The notes beneath the pieces are model-generated. The model was not told the origin of the DNA, did not search any database, and saw nothing but the letters and a program-made list of their open reading frames with translations. This document shows positions 1-8,485 of a stretch of 64,000 nucleotides of DNA, one piece after another. Made by a program: the position numbers and the translations under genes. Numbering within the stretch: the first letter of the stretch is position 1; every line of letters begins with the position of its first letter. Source of the DNA: an uncultured Syntrophaceae bacterium (GTDB lineage: Bacteria; Desulfobacterota; Syntrophia; Syntrophales; UBA2185); the NCBI GenBank assembly GCA_964564625.1, contig CAZMBE010000011.1:17519-81518 (forward strand), given 5' to 3'.

Positions 1-45
1 GGTATTGCTGGGTTGGCAGGGATCAGGAGAAAGTTAATAGGCTAA
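1..45 (+). CDS. 3' end of a window-truncated CDS; the tail resembles a PEP-CTERM-type hydrophobic-then-basic C-terminal anchor
   Basis: Frame +1 reads GIAGLAGIRRKLIG, then TAA at 43-45. A Gly/Ala/Leu-rich stretch followed by RRK is the pattern of C-terminal sorting anchors. Only 14 codons are visible, so the family call is weak. A terminator follows at 70-98. Confidence 0.3.
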   Translation, partial: GIAGLAGIRRKLIG

Positions 46-69
46 TTTAACTTCTAACCTTCAGGAGAA

Positions 70-98
70 AGGCAGGGTGTGGAGGCCCTGCCTTTTTT
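70..98 (+). terminator. Rho-independent terminator of the upstream truncated gene
   Basis: Perfect 8-bp stem aggcaggg (70-77) / ccctgcct (86-93), 8-nt loop, then a T-run at 93-98. It lies 25 nt after the TAA at 43-45. Confidence 0.6.
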
Positions 99-183
99 CT
101 CATTTCTTTGATTTCGGCAACGATTCTTCAGACACAGTTTGTTCATTTTCTATACCCAACTTATTGAATATTAAAGCATCCTC

Positions 184-705
184 ATGAAAAAAGATCGCCT
201 CATATGTTTTCGTACGGGCGAGGATTTTTATGAAAGCCTGTCTCGAGTAGCGAAAAAAGAACGGCGGTCTCTATCATCAACGATAGAAACTATGTTGACC
301 AATTACCTGAAAAACAAAAAAGCATCCGAGAGTGTTGAAAAAGAAAAACGTCAATACCCACGGCAAGGTTTTTGGGCAGCGGTTCTTATAAAACACTGTG
401 ATTCAGGAACAACAAAGATAGATGCAGGATTAATAACGGACATTTCCCTCGGTGGAGTATGCATTGCAATTCCCAGAGACGCAAATTGTATTATTTCTCA
501 CGATGCATATTCGCGTACATTTGACATTATTTTCACGTTGCCCAATCAGAACAAGCTCATATATTTAACGTGTGAACCCTGCAGGGTGTTTCAAGATGAA
601 GACGGCATTCACGTCGGAGCCTTTTTTGTTGATGCTGATTTTAAGCACTATAAAGCACTCCAGACTTATCTGATCTATAATCTTGTCTTTTCTTTCCTAT
701 CATAA
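184..705 (+). CDS. PilZ-domain (c-di-GMP-binding) protein with an N-terminal ribbon-helix-helix-like segment
   Basis: 173-aa ORF. Residues 56-60 RQYPR (RxxxR) and 86-91 DISLGG (DxSxxG) are the two PilZ signature motifs at canonical spacing. Residues 1-45 (RLICFRTGEDFYESLSRVAKKERRSLSSTIETMLTNYL) look like a CopG/Arc-type RHH. Confidence 0.8.
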   Translation: MKKDRLICFRTGEDFYESLSRVAKKERRSLSSTIETMLTNYLKNKKASESVEKEKRQYPRQGFWAAVLIKHCDSGTTKIDAGLITDISLGGVCIAIPRDANCIISHDAYSRTFDIIFTLPNQNKLIYLTCEPCRVFQDEDGIHVGAFFVDADFKHYKALQTYLIYNLVFSFLS

Positions 706-749
706 AAATTTCAAAGGTAGTCGGAGATGTCCTCACTTGTTGATAGTAA

Positions 750-826
750 TGGTCGGGGCGGGAGGATTTGAACCTCCGACATCCTGCTCCCAAAGCAGGC
801 GCGCTACCGGGCTGCGCTACGCCCCG
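750..826 (-). tRNA. tRNA-Pro (anticodon TGG), CCA encoded
   Basis: The reverse complement folds as CGGGGCG-TA-GCGC-AGCCCGGTA-GCGC-G-CCTGC-TTTGGGA-GCAGG-ATGTC-GGAGG-TTCAAAT-CCTCC-CGCCCCG-A-CCA. This is a full 77-nt cloverleaf with anticodon TGG. Confidence 0.93.
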
Positions 827-850
827 TTTAATCGGAAGAATTCTTATATC

Positions 851-1390
851 TTAAAAAATATTTCCTTTACATGCTTCTTTGAATTTATTAATAGCCGCTG
901 CTCTATGGCTAATTCTATTTTTTAACCCTTCCGGAATCTGTGCCACTGTTAATTTCAGCTCTGGCAGAAAAAAAACCGGATCATAACCAAAGCCTCCGTT
1001 TCCAACGGGTTCCTCATTGATAATCCCTTGCAAACGCCCTTCGAAGGACCAATATTTACCATCCGGCCTGTACAGAACAAGTACACATATGAATGAAGCG
1101 CCTCTTTTTTCGATGATCACTCCTTCCAACCTCTTAAGGAGTTTTTGTATATTATTACTGTCTGTTGCGTCATGTCCCGAGTATCTTGATGAGTAAATAC
1201 CCGGTTCTCCACCTAAATAATCTACTTCCAAGCCTGAATCATCAGCAAGCACGATTTCGCCCGTAAGTTCAGATATAAACTGTGCCTTTTTAAGAGCGTT
1301 TTCAAAGAATGATTTGCCATCTTCATTAATATCAGGAATATTTTTATAGTCATTAAGAGAAAGAATCTCTATACTCATATCATCAAGCAT
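851..1390 (-). CDS. rdgB: dITP/XTP pyrophosphatase (RdgB/HAM1 family); the true start is probably upstream of the first ATG, at about 1435-1453
   Basis: Family motifs [25 protein letters not shown] and GFGYDPVFF are present. The conserved N-terminal motif IILASKNEGKIREI is encoded in frame upstream of the ATG at 1390 (see finding). Confidence 0.9.
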   Translation of the reverse strand: MLDDMSIEILSLNDYKNIPDINEDGKSFFENALKKAQFISELTGEIVLADDSGLEVDYLGGEPGIYSSRYSGHDATDSNNIQKLLKRLEGVIIEKRGASFICVLVLYRPDGKYWSFEGRLQGIINEEPVGNGGFGYDPVFFLPELKLTVAQIPEGLKNRISHRAAAINKFKEACKGNIF

Positions 1391-1443
1391 AGCTTTAATT
1401 TCTCTTATTTTTCCTTCATTTTTAGATGCTAAGATGATTCGCC

Positions 1444-2166
1444 CTATAATAATTTACCTACTACCTCAACTTGCTTTTTTGTAATATCCGCGATACCTTG
1501 GATAGCAGTATCAGTCATTTTATTGAGCATATCACGGCTGAAAGGTATCCCTTCTGCGGTACCTTGAATCTCTATGAAACGTCCATTCCCTGTCATTATA
1601 AAATTCATATCCACTTCCGCCCTTGCGTCTTCTTCATATTCCAGATCGAGATAAATCTGACCATCAACAACACCAACACTTACCGCTGCTACATAATCTT
1701 CCACAGATAGTTCGTTCACGATTCCCCTATGTTTGAGAGAACGGAAAAGATCAACCAAGGCAACAAATCCACCTGTTATTGAAGCAGTCCTTGTTCCACC
1801 ATCTGCCTGAATCACATCACAATCTATATAAATTGTTTTTTCACCGAAAGAGTTCAACGCGGTAACGGCTCTCAGCGATCTGCCGATCAATCGCTGAATT
1901 TCGTGGGTTCTGCCCCCTACTCTGCCCCTTGTTGATTCACGCGCGGTACGGCTCTGAGTTGACATGGGAAGCATAGAATACTCCGCTGTCAACCATCCTT
2001 TCCCAGAGTTTTTTAAGAATGCAGGTACATTGTCTTCAATTGTAGCTGTGCAGATGACCTTTGTGTTTCCTACTTCAATAAGGACAGCCCCTTCAGGATA
2101 TTTTAGAAAATCCCTGGTGATTTTAATCTCTCGAATTTCATTCCACTTGCGTCCGTGAACCCTCAT
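1444..2166 (-). CDS. rph: Ribonuclease PH
   Basis: 240 aa. [37 protein letters not shown] and [18 protein letters not shown] are typical RNase PH sequences. The classic rph-rdgB adjacency is present. Confidence 0.95.
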   Translation of the reverse strand: MRVHGRKWNEIREIKITRDFLKYPEGAVLIEVGNTKVICTATIEDNVPAFLKNSGKGWLTAEYSMLPMSTQSRTARESTRGRVGGRTHEIQRLIGRSLRAVTALNSFGEKTIYIDCDVIQADGGTRTASITGGFVALVDLFRSLKHRGIVNELSVEDYVAAVSVGVVDGQIYLDLEYEEDARAEVDMNFIMTGNGRFIEIQGTAEGIPFSRDMLNKMTDTAIQGIADITKKQVEVVGKLL

Positions 2167-2212
2167 TATCGGCGTTGATCCTTAACCTTTACGTTCCACT
2201 TTAATTTCCTTG

Positions 2213-2902
2213 CTAATAAAAATCTTTAATGCTTCGATACAGCGCATGCGCAATAGTATTTTGCGTTTTCACATCCATCAATTTTTTTCTGTCTTCCGGA
2301 TGTGTAGCAAATCCAATTTCTACAATAACAGCCGGAATTGATAACCCTTCAAGAACTGGGATAGCAGCGTCCCTGATTCCTCTACTCTTTCTCGGGAATA
2401 TATTATCCATATTCTTCTGTATCAATTGAGCTAATCTTATAGAATCGTTTAAATATTTATTTCTCGCCATGTCCTTAAGGATCTCTTTCGAATTACTCTG
2501 CGCTGTTTGCATATCTCTCAATCCAGCATAATATATCTCATATCCAGTAGAGTTTTTACCAAAACCTGCGTTGATGTGAATACTTACGAACAACTCCCCT
2601 TGTGTTGACGTTGCAATCTTTTTCCTTTCTGAAAACGATACCAATTTATCTGATACCCTTGTCATCTGAACACGAATATTTCCGAGTTTTTCCAGCTCCT
2701 TTTTTAATGCTAAAGAGATCGCGAGGGTTATATTTTTCTCATATTCTTTATCTGACAATCTGATTCCAATGTCGCTCCCGCCGTGTGCAGGATCTATTAT
2801 GACCACGTGCCTTCCCTGCTTCTGCTGGGCCATCGCTTCAGGAAGCAGAAAAGCAAACAATATAAATAATGTGAGACAAACTCTCAAGTACCGGATATTC
2901 AT
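2213..2902 (-). CDS. N-acetylmuramoyl-L-alanine amidase (Amidase_3 family), secreted
   Basis: Signal peptide MNIRYLRVCLTLFILFAFLLPEAMA, then VVIIDPAHGGSDIG and FVSIHINA motifs typical of AmiA/B/C-type amidases. Confidence 0.85.
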   Translation of the reverse strand: MNIRYLRVCLTLFILFAFLLPEAMAQQKQGRHVVIIDPAHGGSDIGIRLSDKEYEKNITLAISLALKKELEKLGNIRVQMTRVSDKLVSFSERKKIATSTQGELFVSIHINAGFGKNSTGYEIYYAGLRDMQTAQSNSKEILKDMARNKYLNDSIRLAQLIQKNMDNIFPRKSRGIRDAAIPVLEGLSIPAVIVEIGFATHPEDRKKLMDVKTQNTIAHALYRSIKDFY

Positions 2903-3147
2903 CTTTTAACTATTTTCTTCTTCCGTTCTGAAAACTTTGTATAGTTTGAAGTTTCTTATAAACGACAGGAAAATACAATAAATCATTCAGAAATGATTAT
3001 AAAGCCGCATGATGCACCAGATTGACACTAAATATATATTTTAAAAGGTCTTGATAAATATTTTTTGAGTCCGCGTTTCATACTTCAAATATGCACTATC
3101 TGTCAATGTATAAACATTGAATAATGTATTCATACATTTTGCTTGTG

Positions 3148-5304
3148 TTACGTTTTTCTGACTCGCTCAACGGAAATGACGCTCTTAAGTTTTTTTATCG
3201 CTAATGAAACCTGGATAAATTGTTGCAGATCATTAACGTCTAATTTAAAACTCAATACTGCCTGCATGTCCGCCGGCCTTGTCTCTACTTCGGCATGACT
3301 GATATTAATATCTAAGGATGATATTACTGTACTGACTTCTGCGAGGAGTCCTTTTTTATCACGGCAAAAAACTTTCATATTAACAGGATATGTTTGTTTT
3401 TCTTTGATGTTCCAATCGACATCAACAATTCTTTCCGGGTCCATTTTCCCGGCACTTGAACAATTAGCAGTATGAACCGTGACTCCCCTCCCCCGAGAGA
3501 TATATCCTAAAATCTCATCACCGGGGATTGGATTACAGCATCTCGCAAACCGGACCATAATATCTTCTATCCCTGTCAACGAAATGCCCACGGATGAGGG
3601 TGCACGTTTCTTTTTTTCCCTTATGATAGCTTCTTCGTCGGTCCTTATCTCTTCTTGTTGCGGTAAAAATTGTTTTACTACACGCTTGGCCGATATCTTC
3701 CCATAACCGACAGATGCCATTAAATCATCAAGGGATCCAATTGAATATTCATGAAAAAACTTTTTAATGTCCTCAGATTTTATTATTTGAGCAAACTTAA
3801 GATGATTCTTTCTGAACTCTTTTTCCAAAAGATCTTTCCCAAGGGCGATGCTTTTCTTTCTTTCCTCCGTCTTTACCCAGTTCTTGATCTTTGATATGGC
3901 TCTTGATGTTACCGCATATTTCAGCCAATCTTTACTGGGATGGTGACCTGATTGCGTGAGTATTTCCACTGTATCACCATTCTGGAACATATACTTAAGG
4001 GGAACTATGTTTCTGTTTACCTTAGCTCCAATGCACTGGTTTCCTATGTCGGTGTGAATACTATAGGCAAAATCAATAGGAGTAGCCCCTTTGGGAAAGG
4101 CCATGACATCACCCTTTGGTGTAAACACATACACTTCGTCAGGGAAAAGGGCCATCTTCAGGTTAGACATGAATTCCCGGGGGTTTTTGAGTTCCTGTTG
4201 AACTTCAAGCAAGTCTCTCAACCTCTTAATTTGATCGTCTTCATCACTTCTGTATGATCGTCCTTCCTTGTACCGCCAGTGTGCGGCGATGCCTTCTTCC
4301 GCCCACTCATGCATGATTCTGTTCCTTATCTGAATCTCCACCCTTTCACCATGTGGACCTATTACTGTCGTATGTAACGCACGATAGTTATTTGCCTTGG
4401 GCATAGCGATATAATCTTTGAAACGTCCCGGCACGGGTTTCCAAAGAGCGTGAACCACACTGAGCGCTTCATAACACTCACTTTCTCTGTCTGAATCGAG
4501 TATAATTCTGAAGGCAATCAGATCAAAAACTTCATCAAGGTCTATACGCTGTTCCTCCATCTTTCTGCAAATGCTAAACAGGTGCTTTGCTCTTCCTTCA
4601 ATTTGACCTTTCAGCCCGAATCTATCGATTTCCCGCTGAATGATGTTTTTTACTTCTTCGGTATATTGTTCTCTCTCATCTTTTCGTTTCGCCAGACGGC
4701 TGACGAGATCATAATACGCTTCCGGATTGATATAGCGGAAGGCAAGATCTTCCAATTCTATCTTCATCCAGTTAATTCCCAGACGGTTTGCCAGAGGTGC
4801 ATATAATTCAAGGGTTTCCCCAGCGATAAACTTCTGCTTTTCATGCGTTTGGAACTCTAGAGTTCTCATATTATGCACTCTGTCAGCGAGCCTTATCAGA
4901 AGTATCCGGATATCTGAAGACATTGCCAGTATCATCTTCCGGAAATTTTCCGCCTGATGTTCAACCTTGCTCCCGTACGTTATCCTGCTTATCTTTGTTA
5001 ACCCTTCTACAAGAAATTCTATTTCTTTGCCAAAAGCATCGTTAATTTGCTTAAGGGTAGCAAGCGTGTCCTCCACCGTATCATGCAGTATGCCTGTGGC
5101 AATGGTTGCTGCATCAAGTTTCATATCAGCCAGTATGCCGGCTACTTCCATGGGATGAGTAAGATATGGTTCTCCTGACAGGCGCACCTGGCCTAAATGA
5201 ACAGAAGCAGAGAAGATATATGCTTTTTCTATTATCTCCTGTTCTTCTGAAGAGAGATAGGACTGTGTCTTATCGAGTATGTCTGTAATACGCAGCATGG
5301 ACAT
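3148..5304 (-). CDS. relA: Bifunctional (p)ppGpp synthetase/hydrolase (RelA/SpoT homolog)
   Basis: 718 aa. HD hydrolase motif ILHDTVEDT, synthetase motif RFKDYIAMPKANNYRALHTTV, and TGS and ACT-like C-terminal regions. The start overlaps the proS stop (TAATG). Confidence 0.95.
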   Translation of the reverse strand: MSMLRITDILDKTQSYLSSEEQEIIEKAYIFSASVHLGQVRLSGEPYLTHPMEVAGILADMKLDAATIATGILHDTVEDTLATLKQINDAFGKEIEFLVEGLTKISRITYGSKVEHQAENFRKMILAMSSDIRILLIRLADRVHNMRTLEFQTHEKQKFIAGETLELYAPLANRLGINWMKIELEDLAFRYINPEAYYDLVSRLAKRKDEREQYTEEVKNIIQREIDRFGLKGQIEGRAKHLFSICRKMEEQRIDLDEVFDLIAFRIILDSDRESECYEALSVVHALWKPVPGRFKDYIAMPKANNYRALHTTVIGPHGERVEIQIRNRIMHEWAEEGIAAHWRYKEGRSYRSDEDDQIKRLRDLLEVQQELKNPREFMSNLKMALFPDEVYVFTPKGDVMAFPKGATPIDFAYSIHTDIGNQCIGAKVNRNIVPLKYMFQNGDTVEILTQSGHHPSKDWLKYAVTSRAISKIKNWVKTEERKKSIALGKDLLEKEFRKNHLKFAQIIKSEDIKKFFHEYSIGSLDDLMASVGYGKISAKRVVKQFLPQQEEIRTDEEAIIREKKKRAPSSVGISLTGIEDIMVRFARCCNPIPGDEILGYISRGRGVTVHTANCSSAGKMDPERIVDVDWNIKEKQTYPVNMKVFCRDKKGLLAEVSTVISSLDINISHAEVETRPADMQAVLSFKLDVNDLQQFIQVSLAIKKLKSVISVERVRKT

Positions 5305-7016
5305 TACATGCCTTCATTGACATAGCTCAAAATGAAATCTACTACCTTATCCGTTGCCAGAATTTTAACCTCTCCTGACTTTCTGATTTTGACTTCCATC
5401 TTTTGTTCGCTGAGTGCTTTTTTCCCGATGGTCACCCTGAGAGGAATGCCAATAAGGTCGGCATCGTTAAATTTCACTCCCGCCCTTTCATCTCTGTCAT
5501 CAACAATAACATCCACGCCTTTTTCCAAAAGAGAAGCGTATAATTTTTCCGAAATATTTTTAATATTTTCGTCATTCACATTCACAGGAGTAATAATCAC
5601 ATGATAGGGAGCTATCGTCAGAGGCCATATAATACCATGTTCATCGTGGTTTTGTTCAATGGATGCCGCGACAGTTCTTCCGATGCCAATGCCGTAACAC
5701 CCCATCACCATATACTGCTCCTTGCCATTTTTATCCAGGTATATGGCTTTCATCGCCTTACTGTACTTTGTTCCGAGTTTAAAAACATGGCCGACCTCGA
5801 TACCGCGGGCGAACAAGAGGTTCCCTCCGCAGCGGGGGCATAAATCAGTATCTCTGGCAATTCTCAAGTCGGCAAATGAATCCACCGATATATCCCTGCC
5901 GATATTTACATTTTTCACATGGTAATCCTCTTTATTCGCCCCCATGACAAAATTAGTCATATTCATCAGAGAATAATCGGCAATGATTCGCGCTTTAATT
6001 CCTATGGCACCAGAAAAGCCGCGAGGTGCGCCTGTCGCCTTGTAGATCATCGTGTCGTCCGCCATTTCGAGAACGTCGCAATTAAGATAGTTTTTTACTT
6101 TGATTTCGTTCACATCCGCATCCCCCCTAACGAGAACTGCAACGGGAATACCATCTGCGCTGTAAATCATAGTTTTTACCACATCCCTGGGTTGAACGCT
6201 TAAAAATGAAGAAACTTCTTCGATGCTCTTCATATCCGGTGTATGCACTGTTTCCAGAGGTACAAATTCTTCCCCGCTGACCTTTCGCCCCTCAGGGATG
6301 GCAATCTCCGCCTTTTCCAGGTTCGCTGCATAATCACAGGTACTGCAGAAAACGAGGGAATCCTCGCCGGTATCTGCGATCACCATGAATTCATGTGAAA
6401 AGCTCCCTCCGATGCTTCCCGTATCGGCCTCAACCGCCCTGAACCTGAGGCCACAGCGCTCAAATATCCTCATGTAGGCATCAAACATTTTTTTATAGCT
6501 TATGTCCACGCCTTCCTCATCGGCATCGAAGCTATACGCATCTTTCATGCTGAACTCCCTGCACCTCATGACACCAAATCTTGGCCGTATCTCATCGCGA
6601 TATTTCGTCTGAATCTGATAGATATTCCTCGGAAGTTGCCTGTATGTCTTAATTTCATTCCTGACGAGATCGGTAATGACCTCCTCATGTGTTGGCCCGA
6701 GGCAGCAATCCCTGTCATTACGATCCTTAAACCGCAGCAGTTCTTTTCCGTAATGGTTCCATCGTCCGGACTCTTCCCATAATTCACGGGGTTGCACCAT
6801 CGGCATATACACCTCCTGTGCCCCCGCTCTGTTCATCTCCTCGCGTACTATCCTCTCAAACTTCCGGATAACCCGATATCCTAAGGGAAGGTACGTATAA
6901 ATACCACTTGTTAATTTTCTTATCATTCCTGCCCTTATCATAAGCTGATGGCTTACAATTTCCGCATCTGCAGGTATTTCCCTTACTGTTGGCAGGAACA
7001 ATTCCGAGTATCGCAT
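5304..7016 (-). CDS. proS: Proline--tRNA ligase
   Basis: 570 aa. MRYSELFLPTVREIPADAEIVSHQLMIRAGMIRKL is the canonical bacterial ProRS N-terminus, with an editing-domain insertion. TAATG overlaps at both ends. Confidence 0.95.
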   Translation of the reverse strand: MRYSELFLPTVREIPADAEIVSHQLMIRAGMIRKLTSGIYTYLPLGYRVIRKFERIVREEMNRAGAQEVYMPMVQPRELWEESGRWNHYGKELLRFKDRNDRDCCLGPTHEEVITDLVRNEIKTYRQLPRNIYQIQTKYRDEIRPRFGVMRCREFSMKDAYSFDADEEGVDISYKKMFDAYMRIFERCGLRFRAVEADTGSIGGSFSHEFMVIADTGEDSLVFCSTCDYAANLEKAEIAIPEGRKVSGEEFVPLETVHTPDMKSIEEVSSFLSVQPRDVVKTMIYSADGIPVAVLVRGDADVNEIKVKNYLNCDVLEMADDTMIYKATGAPRGFSGAIGIKARIIADYSLMNMTNFVMGANKEDYHVKNVNIGRDISVDSFADLRIARDTDLCPRCGGNLLFARGIEVGHVFKLGTKYSKAMKAIYLDKNGKEQYMVMGCYGIGIGRTVAASIEQNHDEHGIIWPLTIAPYHVIITPVNVNDENIKNISEKLYASLLEKGVDVIVDDRDERAGVKFNDADLIGIPLRVTIGKKALSEQKMEVKIRKSGEVKILATDKVVDFILSYVNEGM

Positions 7017-8095
7017 TAGGTCTCCTTCCTTTCCGCAACCATTGAATGAATTTCATTTATCAGCGTTTCAGTAAATTCTTTTTCTTTAACTTTTTTGATC
7101 ACCTGACCCTTTTTAAATAAGAGACCATACCCTCGTCCTCCGGCAATCCCTATATCTGCCTCAGCTGCCTCCCCTGGGCCGTTCACGACACAACCCATTA
7201 ACGCTATTTTCAAATATTCCTTCATGCCCGCTACCTTATTCTCAACCTCCTGTGTCAATTTACACAGATCTATTTCGCATCGGCCGCAGGTGGGACAGGA
7301 AATTATATCCGGGCCAATTTTTCTGATACCCATTGCTCGGAGAATTCCATAGGCCACGCCTATTTCAGAAACCGGATTTCCCGTTACTGAAACTCTGATC
7401 GTGTCGCCTATTCCCTCATGTAAAAGAATTCCCATTGCAACAGATGATTTTATCGCTGCGTTCATCAGACTTCCCGCCTCTGTAACACCAAGATGCAGCG
7501 GGAAATCGGTTTTTTTTGATAATTCACGGTACGCTTCTATCATTGTTATTACATCAGATGATTTAACAGATAACTTTATTGCATCATATCCCGCTTCCTG
7601 AAAAAAGGCGATATTATTCACTGCACTTTCCACTAACGCAGAAGCAGTGGGTCCTCCATATTTTTTCAATAAATTCTTCTCAAGAGAGCCAGAATTTATG
7701 CCTATGCGTATTACTGTCTGACGTTCTTTCGCGTATTCAATAATTTTTAACAGCCCTGATCTTTTGATGTTTCCTGGATTTATCCTGATTCCATCCGCGC
7801 CATTTTTTATCGAACTGATTGCAAGACGATAATCGAAATGAATATCAGCTATTAGAGGAATCTTTATTTTATGCTTGATATGTGAGAGTGAAGCAGCCGC
7901 CTCCTCATCGGGAACAGCAACCCTTACGATCTCACAACCTTCATTTTCAAGTTGTTTTATTTGCAATGTGGTAGCTTTAACATCCCGGGTGTCCGTGCAT
8001 GTCATTGATTGAATGACAACGGGCGCATTTCCACCAATTTGAACGTTGTCGATAAAAACAGGTCTTGTTTTTTTTCTATGTATACAAGTTTTCAA
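7016..8095 (-). CDS. ispG: 4-hydroxy-3-methylbut-2-en-1-yl diphosphate synthase (IspG/GcpE)
   Basis: 359 aa. TRPVFIDNVQIGGNAPVVIQSMT N-terminus and a C-terminal Fe-S cysteine cluster (SCPTCGRC ... GCVVNGPGE). TTG start at 8095 with AGGTGA 9 nt upstream; an in-frame TGA just upstream excludes a longer ORF. Confidence 0.93.
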   Translation of the reverse strand: MKTCIHRKKTRPVFIDNVQIGGNAPVVIQSMTCTDTRDVKATTLQIKQLENEGCEIVRVAVPDEEAAASLSHIKHKIKIPLIADIHFDYRLAISSIKNGADGIRINPGNIKRSGLLKIIEYAKERQTVIRIGINSGSLEKNLLKKYGGPTASALVESAVNNIAFFQEAGYDAIKLSVKSSDVITMIEAYRELSKKTDFPLHLGVTEAGSLMNAAIKSSVAMGILLHEGIGDTIRVSVTGNPVSEIGVAYGILRAMGIRKIGPDIISCPTCGRCEIDLCKLTQEVENKVAGMKEYLKIALMGCVVNGPGEAAEADIGIAGGRGYGLLFKKGQVIKKVKEKEFTETLINEIHSMVAERKET

Positions 8096-8236
8096 TGAAA
8101 CGTATCACCTATATATTTTATAATTTCGTATCATTTCCATGTATTAAAAAAAAGGAATTGAAGAATCAAAAACTGGAGGGCGCAAGCGTAAGAACTATTC
8201 AACGTGATCTTTGTTGCCCTGATCATCTTGAATTCC

Positions 8237-8263
8237 AAAAACGCAACATTCTCGGAAATGTTG
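8237..8263 (-). terminator. Candidate intrinsic terminator on the minus strand, 222 nt downstream of the aminotransferase stop
   Basis: The minus strand reads caacatt-tccgag-aatgttg followed by cgtttttgg. That is a 7-bp stem, 6-nt loop and T5 run. Confidence 0.45.
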
Positions 8264-8485
8264 TTGCTACATAACATGGAGCGATGATCGCAATCAATGA
8301 GTAATACCTCAGGTTTTTCACTCTTTAGTGATACCTTGGAACCTAACAGGATTCACGAGGCTATTGTGATCGATTTGAAGCATACACAGTTATATATGCC
8401 GCATAAGACGTGCTTCCTGCAGGCCTTGCATTTTGGCGAGGGAAGCGCGCGGGGTGACAACTGGAAATAAACAGTTATGCTACTT

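Noticed and set aside
683-925. 80-aa plus-strand ORF spanning the PilZ 3' end, the tRNA-Pro gene and the rdgB 3' end
   Set aside because: It is read straight through a well-formed tRNA gene on the opposite strand (its residues [10 protein letters not shown] are just the tRNA T-arm/acceptor read as codons). It has no SD or family similarity. It is an ORF-finder artefact.
8170-8195. ggagggcgcaagcgtaag, superficially like the GGGACGCAAAGCC core of a c-di-GMP-I (GEMM) riboswitch
   Set aside because: Only a partial one-sided match. The second hairpin, the tetraloop-receptor elements and a downstream gene on that strand are all missing.
8065-8274. 69-aa plus-strand ORF in the ispG upstream spacer
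   Set aside because: It starts inside ispG on the opposite strand, has low-complexity AT-rich composition and no SD or recognisable motif. The region is better explained as the ispG promoter plus a minus-strand terminator.
8411-8430. GGAAGCA-containing segment (minus strand caggaagcacg) reminiscent of the SRP RNA domain IV motif
   Set aside because: The surrounding sequence lacks the GNRA tetraloop, the symmetric-loop partners (AGG/GGUC-type context) and a closing helix of 4.5S/SRP RNA. It is a 7-nt coincidence only.
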